Of a DNA stretch of 64,000 nucleotides, positions 56,913-64,000 are shown one piece after another; within the stretch, counting starts at the first letter, position 1, and each line of letters begins with the position of its first letter. This DNA is from Ophelia neglecta. Lineage: Eukaryota. A program made the translations under genes and the position numbers. Below the pieces are notes generated by a model. That model was not told the origin of the DNA, ran no database searches, and saw only the letters and a program-made list of their open reading frames with translations. Location of the stretch: NCBI GenBank assembly GCA_965285935.1, contig OZ260664.1, forward strand, positions 64,790,001 to 64,854,000, in the 5' to 3' direction.

Positions 56913-58945
56913 TTATGCTCCCCTTCCAGCATGTCTTTTGAAGTGGGCATCTTGCTTTGCACATGCCAGTCCATTAGTACTTTGTCCCATCAATAATTAT
57001 ATCCGCGAAATGCGGATATTATGTTTTCAGTAGCGCCGCCGCCGCAGATTTTAGTCGTAAACGCGATAACTCAAAAACCATTTCGTACATCTTTTTCAAA
57101 TTCAACACAGCCATAGACCTTAATGAGAGGAGGAACTGGTGAAAATCCAATAATTATTAATTAGTTAAAGCAATTAATTAATTACGTCAGAAACGCATTT
57201 TCTGCAATAACACAAAAAATATTAGATACATCTTTTTCTAATTTGACACAGCCATAGACCTTATTGAAAGGAAGACCTGTATTTATTCTGGTGAATTTCT
57301 GATAATTGTTAATTAGTTAAAATAATTAATTGATTATGTCAAAAACACATTTTCTATCATATATTTCAAAGTATAGATGATATTGGCTTGAAGTTTTGTG
57401 TCATGATTCATGTAATAATATATACAATCTGTGTAATAAGTTAACTAGTTAACTTCATTAATGACCTGAAAAAAAATTAGTTAAGGTGGTTTTGCATTAT
57501 TCTTGAGGTCATATGGAAACAACTTTATTAATGACCTGCCTTATTATTGAGGTTATATAGAAGCTACTACAATCTGTGTAACAAGTTAACTAGTAATGTG
57601 TAATAAGTTAACTAGTTAACTTTATAAATGACCTGAAAAAAAAATTAGGTAAGGCAGTTTTTCATTATTATTGAGGTCATATGGAACCTACTACAATGTG
57701 TGTAATAAGTTAACTAGTTAACTTTATTAATGACCTGAACAATTTTTAGTTAAGGTCATTTTGCATTATTATTGAGGTCTTATGGAACCTACTAATAAGT
57801 TCACTAGTTCACTTTATTAATGACCTGAAAAAAAATTAGTTAGGGTCGTTTTGCATTATTATTGAGGTCATACAACACCAACCTTAAGAATGACCTGCAT
57901 TATTATTGAGGTCAAATAGAACCTACTACAATCTGTGTAATAAGTTAACTAGTACTGTGTAATAAGTTAACTAGTTTAACTTTATTAATGACCTGAACAA
58001 AAATTGGTTAAGGTCGTTATCTTTTGTGCCAACTAAAAACTACAATATTCACTACCTCGCCTTATGCCATGTTCCCCATTTGATTATTGCACGCATTCGC
58101 AGATATACCCCTTGCTGTCGGCCCCCCGACAGCGTTGGCCTAGTTAGAGAATGGTTTCACCTGGTTTCCTTCAACATGGCGGTTAGGTTGGTCATGATGG
58201 ATGCACCCTTTTAATTTTAATGTCAATGATCAAGGTCACAGTGGCCTTAAACAAAAACAAAATTGTCTGATCAGTAACTAGAGAATGCTTGGACCTAGTT
58301 TCTTCAATATAGGTAAGTTAGTTGGTCCTGACATTTAGATGACCCCTATTTATATTCAGGTCAAAGGATAAGGTCACAGTGGCCTTGAAGACCAAAAACA
58401 TGTTTGGCCAATATCTACAGAGTACTTGGGCAATGTTTCCTCCAACTTAGTAGGAAGAATTGTCATTAAGAGTAGATGAATTCTATTGATTTTGAGGTCA
58501 AGAGGTAAAAGGTCAAAGTCACAGTGACCTTTAATTCAAACATTTTATCCAATCAATAACTAGAGAAGTTTGGTACTAGTGTCTTCAACCTTGGAAGCTT
58601 CTTTGATCATGACAAGTAGATGATTCCTATGCATATTGAGGCCAACAGGTCAAAGATCCAGGTCAGAGTTCTAGTCAACACAAAAAACTTGACTGATAAA
58701 TATCAAATCTAGAGATAACCTTTGTCAGAGGGTCAAGGTTACATTGACCATTTACACAAACTACCTCTGTGATAAACCGAGACCTTTTGGGCCTAGTGTC
58801 CTCACCCAGTAGATGGCCCCTTTCAATTGTGAGTTCAGCAGGTAAAAGCACCTTCACCCAATTTTCACTTTTTTATGAATAAAATTGTAACTTATTGACA
58901 CTTCGCTGAAAGGGGCATCCATGTCCCATGGACACAGGTCCTGTT
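56913..58945 (+). mobile_element. Older HINE-like element (outer element, interrupted by 56997-58145)
   Basis: 5' TTATGCTCCCCTTC...GAAGTGGGCATCTTGCTTTGCACATG; roughly 140-bp core repeats marked by AAGGTCACAGTGGCCTT at about 58232, 58372 and 58516; 3' sub-TIR GAAAGGGGCAT, hairpin TGTCC-CAT-GGACA, end CTGTT. Confidence 0.7.
56997..58145 (+). mobile_element. HINE-like element with internal tandem repeats (inner element of a nest)
   Basis: 5' TTATATCCGCGAAATGCGGATAT self-complementary end followed by a (GCC)n microsatellite; 3' sub-TIR GCATTCGCAGATATA (58093-58107); hairpin GCTGTCGG-CCCC-CCGACAGC (58114-58133); terminal CTAGTT. Internal roughly 100-bp degenerate repeats at 57420-58020 contain the palindrome AAGTTAACTAGTTAACTT. 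Confidence 0.8.
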
Positions 58946-59242
58946 ATTTTGGAGACATTGATTACATGTTAACTCCCATGCTATTTATCCGATATTTATC
59001 TACCCATGTCGATCTCTTAATTTTATGTAAAAATCAGCTAGACCCCATATACATGTAACTGCAAAGTTTATTTTGAAAGCAGCAAAATCCCACATAACTG
59101 TCATAGTTTCGCGGATGCTGTTGTTACATAGTGCCTTCCACTTGATTTCTATATGGCCCACTTGTTCCATGTAGATTACATTAGTTTTGAAGAGGTTAAA
59201 AGCTAGAAATGCTTATAAACCTTTACCAACCACCTACATGTA

Positions 59243-59525
59243 CATGTACTTCACAGAATCTGTAAAAAATAGACCTTTGTTCATGTAGGTTTCTGACAGA
59301 ATTTGATCTGGGAATACAATTTTTATGTAAAAATGCCTTCAAATAGCATTGAAGCTAATATGTCTAAGTACATTTTAGTAATATGTCTAGAATCGTCTAT
59401 TTGATTATATCACGATTACACATGGCTGGTATTAGCAGTCTTAAAGAACATTTAAAATAATCATGATAATTGTACCAGATATAAGTCAACTAAAACCAAA
59501 TATTTCATATTTCCACCTGGAACAT
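59243..59525. repeat. Diverged direct repeat, copy 2
   Basis: Collinear with 56512-56773; the two copies bracket the nested HINE insertion. Confidence 0.8.
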
Positions 59526-59527
59526 GG

Positions 59528-59657
59528 AACTTATTATTTGCAATCTAATTTGCCAACTTCCTGAGGTGTTAGTAAAGAATAAAAGCTTAACATTGAATAA
59601 AGAATTAATAACCTTACACCTAAGGAGGTTGGCAAATTAGGTGGCAAATAATAAGTT
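59528..59657. repeat. Inverted repeat (42-bp arms, 46-bp spacer), foldback/MITE-like
   Basis: AACTTATTATTTGCAATCTAATTTGCCAACTTCCTGAGGTGT versus the reverse complement of 59616-59657: 38/42 identical. Confidence 0.85.
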
Positions 59658-59882
59658 TTCACAGCTAACACACTTGGATTATCAATCTAAACCTTTATAT
59701 CTACCTGCCAGGGCTGTAATGTCTATACCTAGGTATGAACTGACAACTTTTGCTAGATATCTTATTATGTAAGGTTGCCATGGCAACACAAACAAAACCA
59801 GCAACTTTAAAAGTCATTATCATAGGTCAAGCCTTCATCAATAAATAACACATGTAATGCTCAATGCATAAACTTTTGTTAA

Positions 59883-60628
59883 CCACTACCCTGACATTGC
59901 TGTCTACACTACCCTGTTCAGCGACCCTTATCTACTACCCTGACATTGCTGATTACACTACCCTGCTCAGAGACCCTTATCTACTATCCTGACATTGCTG
60001 ACTACACTACCCTGCTCATAGACCCTTATCCACTACCCTGACATTGCTGACTACACTACCCTGCTCATAGACCCTTATCCACTACCCTGACATTGCTGAC
60101 TACACTACCCTGCTCATAGACCCTTATCCACTACCCTGACATTGCTGACTACACTACCCTGCTCATAGACCCTTATCCACTACCCTGACATTGCTGACTA
60201 CACTACCCTGCTCATAGACCCTTATCCACTACCCTGACATTGCTGACTACACTACCCTGCTCATAGACCCTTATCCACTACCCTGACATTGCTGACTACA
60301 CTACCCTGCTCATAGACCCTTATCCACTACCCTGACATTGCTGACTTCACTACTCTGTTCATAGACCCTTATCCACTACCCTGACATTGCTGACTACACT
60401 ACCCTGCTCATAGACCCTTATCCACTACCCTGACATTGCTGACTACACTACCCTGCTCATAGACCCTTATCCACTACACTGACATTGCTGACTACACTAC
60501 CCTGCTCATAGACCCTTATCCACTACCCTGACATTGCTGACTACACTACCCTGCTCATAGACCCTTATCCACTACCCTGACATTGCTGACTACACTACCC
60601 TGCTCAGAGACCCTTATCCACTACCCTG
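59883..60628. repeat. 49-bp minisatellite, 15 full copies plus a partial copy
   Basis: Unit CCACTACCCTGACATTGCTGACTACACTACCCTGCTCATAGACCCTTAT repeated at exact 49-nt period (59883, 59932 ... 60618); central copies near-identical, edge copies more diverged. Confidence 0.97.
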
Positions 60629-62711
60629 TCAGCTACAGGCCTTTACCAATGAACAGCCAGTGAACCATGGAGATGTGCTTTAAAGCCTGACCAGGGATCA
60701 CTAGGTGCTTCACAACCCTCTGACATTGTCACATCCGTGGCCTAAGGAACTACATATTTCTGTCCCCCTCCTCCTCCTCCCCCCCCCCCCCCTCCCATGC
60801 TAGTTTTCTTCTGGCTATCACCTGATTGGAAGGGTGGGGGCAGGCATAACAGCAATTACATCTGAGCTATTTTGCATAATTTGTGAGCTTTCATCTAGGC
60901 AGTGAACAAGCATTTATCAACCACTTGTCCACTTCCAAGAAGTCTATGAAGACTGGAGATTTTAGTAAGAGAAAATACTCAATGTTAAGCCATTCATAAA
61001 AAAAAAGTCTCAGGCTGGACAGTGGCAGAATCCTCTTTCTATATTTTAAAAAACCAGTTGTCTTGCTGGGTGGAAGTGCGAGGGGGGGGGGGGCTTCCTG
61101 AAAACCTTTGTTGTCGTTTCAATGGAATATTTTCCTACTGGGTTTTTGTATCTACTAGAGATTTACTAGATTGAGAACATGCAAACTTTATCTAAGGCCT
61201 ATGTTTGTTAAAGCTAGAAATTATGTTTCAGAAAGTCGTTTCTAATAGTGAAAATTCATCCCGGTATTTGTTTGATATAGTTTTGCACATGTACCAGTTA
61301 AAGGGAATTTTTGGGTTGAGAGTTTTGTGGTTTTTTCATGTAGGATTTTGAGGCATTTGGTCTAAACACATCTTTTTGGCCATTTTTTATCAATCTAGAT
61401 ATATTATACTGTTCCTTTAGTGTCTTACATGCAATTATATTGCGAAAAACTATTGAGGAAAGTTAATGCTGAAAGTATTTTTAAATACCACCTGTGTGCT
61501 TGACACCTGTATGGTTACATACACATGTAGTGCTCAAGCTCTGTGGTGTCTTAGCCAGTCAACAAGAAAGTTCTGAAGTATTAACAGTCATGATACCTGG
61601 TGTATGGGCCAGTTACAGGCGCTGGCTTGAAAAATCACATTTTTTATGTTTTCCACTTATTGAGATACTACTGGGAATCTGCCAGTTGACATTTATCTTG
61701 TGTGTTTCCCCTGTGGATAACCAACACACGTTGTTATGAAGAGTAGGCTCAGGACAGGCCCTTGGGAGAGCTAGCTCTCCTCAACCCAGTCTCAGGGGAC
61801 ATGAGGCCTGTCCTGGAGCATATCTATGGCTGACAGCCCCCTAGGGGCACCCCCCTGTAAATCACAGCCACCCCTCACAGCCAATGAAGCCTGTCATAGG
61901 GGGTGATCCTCTGGGTCTTCCCTGGTATCAGGCTCCCCTGGTTAAGCCACACTGTCAATGTGGCTGGTAATCCCCTTGAAAGGCATTAGTCGGAAGAAAA
62001 GTTTTGATCTTGTCCTTGGCTTATTTTTTTTATCTCTTTGTCTAATCTGTCTCTGTGTCTTCCCTCTCCTTGTTAGAAAAGTATATTTCACTAAATATCA
62101 CTAATAGCCTATTAAATCTGCTTACTGGCTATGTTACCTCTCAGATTGAATGTCTCATTAGTTTCTAGGTTTACAGGTCAGATAAAACATGTTGATGTGA
62201 TCTGTGATACAATAACATATGTGCTTTTAGTGTTGTCTAAAATTACTACATTGTATTATCTGGCAAGCTTTATATCTACTGCAGCACTGTAATTAGATGA
62301 CTGTCAGTGCTCTGACAGTGTGTCATTGGGTAAAATTGATTAGTCATGGAATGCTGTGCAAAAAAACATTATTAGAGCAGTGCAGGAATCCCCATCTAAG
62401 TTTCATGCCACAGATGTTGCACCTGATTTTCACCCAAAGGTCCAAAGAAAGTTTGGGAAAAGCTTACCTGACAAAGAGAACATGACATCTGTCAGCAAAA
62501 ATGATTTCAGTTTTGGGCCATTTTTTTATGAACACTTCCATTATTTTGCCTGGATGCAGTAGCTATATTATAACATTGAAGCTGAGCATCACAACATTTC
62601 TTTGTATGTATGTTCAAAATTGCATAATAGACCATGATTAGGAAACCTAAGACATTTAGTCTAGAACAGAATGTGACTGCAGATAACTATAATTAATCCT
62701 TTTTGTTGCAG

Positions 62712-62796
62712 GCATGGTCTAGGTGATTGTAGAAAGCCTCTGGCTGAATCTGCAACCCTCATTGAAGAAATCGTCCACCACCAAATGAAGAAATTG
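62712..62796 (+). CDS. SUPT3H: Supt3h exon 3 (N-terminal histone fold)
   Basis: Acceptor ttttgttgcag|G completes the split ATG from exon 2. Translation HGLGDCRKPLAESATLIEEIVHHQMKKL aligns with human [28 protein letters not shown]. Donor TTG|GTAATT. Confidence 0.95.
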
Positions 62797-62962
62797 GTAA
62801 TTATTACCAGGGTATTTGAAAACATAAGCAAAACCAGCTTCAGATTTCAATATATAAAAATGTTATTATAATAGTGGGTCTGCCTTTCTAAAATGAACTG
62901 AACTTACTTTTTTCATGTGTATTACCAGTTTAGATTAAACGTGCGATCTCACTACTTAACAG

Positions 62963-63049
62963 TTATACCAGGCAGAGGAAGTTGGACGACTGAGAAATGC
63001 CAGATTTCTAGGAATAGAGGACTTTTTGTTTCTCTTACGAAGAGACAAG
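62963..63049 (+). CDS. SUPT3H: Supt3h exon 4
   Basis: cttaacag|LYQAEEVGRLRNARFLGIEDFLFLLRRDK|GTTTGC; aligns with human [29 protein letters not shown]; phase 0/0. Confidence 0.95.
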
Positions 63050-63599
63050 GTTTGCATTTAACATGGTTGTCTACTAGCTTTTAGGTAATTTTAAAGTGGT
63101 ATTTTGTTAATTTTGGTTGCATGCCATATTTCTCTGATTCACTGCAGGAAAGCCATGATCCAAAAATAAATGAATTCCCTTTCTTAGTTGCTGCCACAAC
63201 ATTTTTGCTGCCATTTATTTTCTGAGGTTGCAACAGGGTCTGGGGACACTGAGGTTTTGCAACCATTGGTTAGCTGCAATAGGTTGATGTACTATTAGGG
63301 CAATGTCAGGATAATTCTTGTTCCATATTCTTCTGAATTTATACATTTATATTTATAATAGTTAAAACTATCTATATCCTTTCCCCAAACAGGCAACCTT
63401 TTACCATCTTTTTCTGTCAACTGGCCAACTGATCCAATTATACCACTTAAATGTTTTTGCCAAGATATTGAAACATTGTTGTCTTAGCTGTCAGTAATTG
63501 TCCACTTGTCATACACAGGGGTATTAAATAGTTATTTGCAAATCAATGTAAACACCAGACATATAGGACTGGCTATTTACTGTCAAGTGTGTTTTGTAG

Positions 63600-63699
63600 G
63601 TGAAGCTTAGGAGATTAATAAGATACATGAGTTTGAAAGATGTGAAGACTGCAGCGTATAAAGCTTCCCATATAGAGGAAGAAGAAGGCTCGGAACAAG
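63600..63699 (+). CDS. SUPT3H: Supt3h exon 5
   Basis: gttttgtag|VKLRRLIRYMSLKDVKTAAYKASHIEEEEGSEQ-G|GTGAGT; matches the SPT3 KKLRRLLKYM motif followed by an acidic patch. The gene continues beyond the window. Confidence 0.93.
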
Positions 63700-64000
63700 G
63701 TGAGTTAGCTGATTATCACAGTCACTGTAGCAAAAATGGCGGCATGGAATCTACACAGGTATACCGGTAAGCGTCTGGAACAAACTCTGGAATAAGATTT
63801 ATCTGGAACATGCTGTACATCTGCTTGTTGTGCTCCAGAATTAAATAAATTGTATTGAAAGATGGTCCCAATACATTGGCATCACACACAGATGAGACGA
63901 TGCCAAAATTATGTAAAAGGTATGAAAATGATATAAACTTACATGTCATGCATCTTGTCCTGTAACAAGCCATCTCTCTGACTTCTGTGTAGATTCTCCT

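Noticed and set aside
59883-60628. Regular repeat array superficially like a CRISPR
   Set aside because: Units are contiguous and near-identical with no unique spacers, there are no cas genes, and the context is a eukaryotic intron.

Overview
Eukaryotic (metazoan, AT-rich, most likely lophotrochozoan/molluscan judging by the protein sequences and repeat families) genomic window. It holds two divergently transcribed, intron-containing genes. (1) A Runx (Runt-domain) transcription factor gene on the minus strand, with three coding exons at 17272-17635, 15558-15671 and 1549-1740; the VWRPY-encoding 3' exon(s) are not in the window and presumably lie off its left edge. (2) Supt3h/SPT3 (SAGA histone-fold subunit) on the plus strand, with five coding exons at 20470-20553, 26211-26368, 62712-62796, 62963-63049 and 63600-63699, continuing off the right edge. 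The start codons are about 2.8 kb apart, reproducing the known ancient Runx-Supt3h linkage, and Supt3h has a 36.3-kb intron at the same codon position as the giant vertebrate intron that hosts the RUNX2 distal promoter. The most interesting signal is a branch-point/acceptor hidden inside the first Runx codons (MHLRL|E), in the same register as the vertebrate MRIPV|D acceptor. This suggests a P1/P2-like dual-promoter, interleaved Runx/Supt3h locus in an invertebrate, together with dense Runx autoregulatory sites. The rest is intron containing Helentron-associated (HINE-like) elements (one nested), MITEs, a tRNA-derived SINE, a truncated LINE, a 49-bp minisatellite and several hairpins. Nearly all other ORFs in the track look spurious. 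No prokaryotic features or CRISPR arrays.
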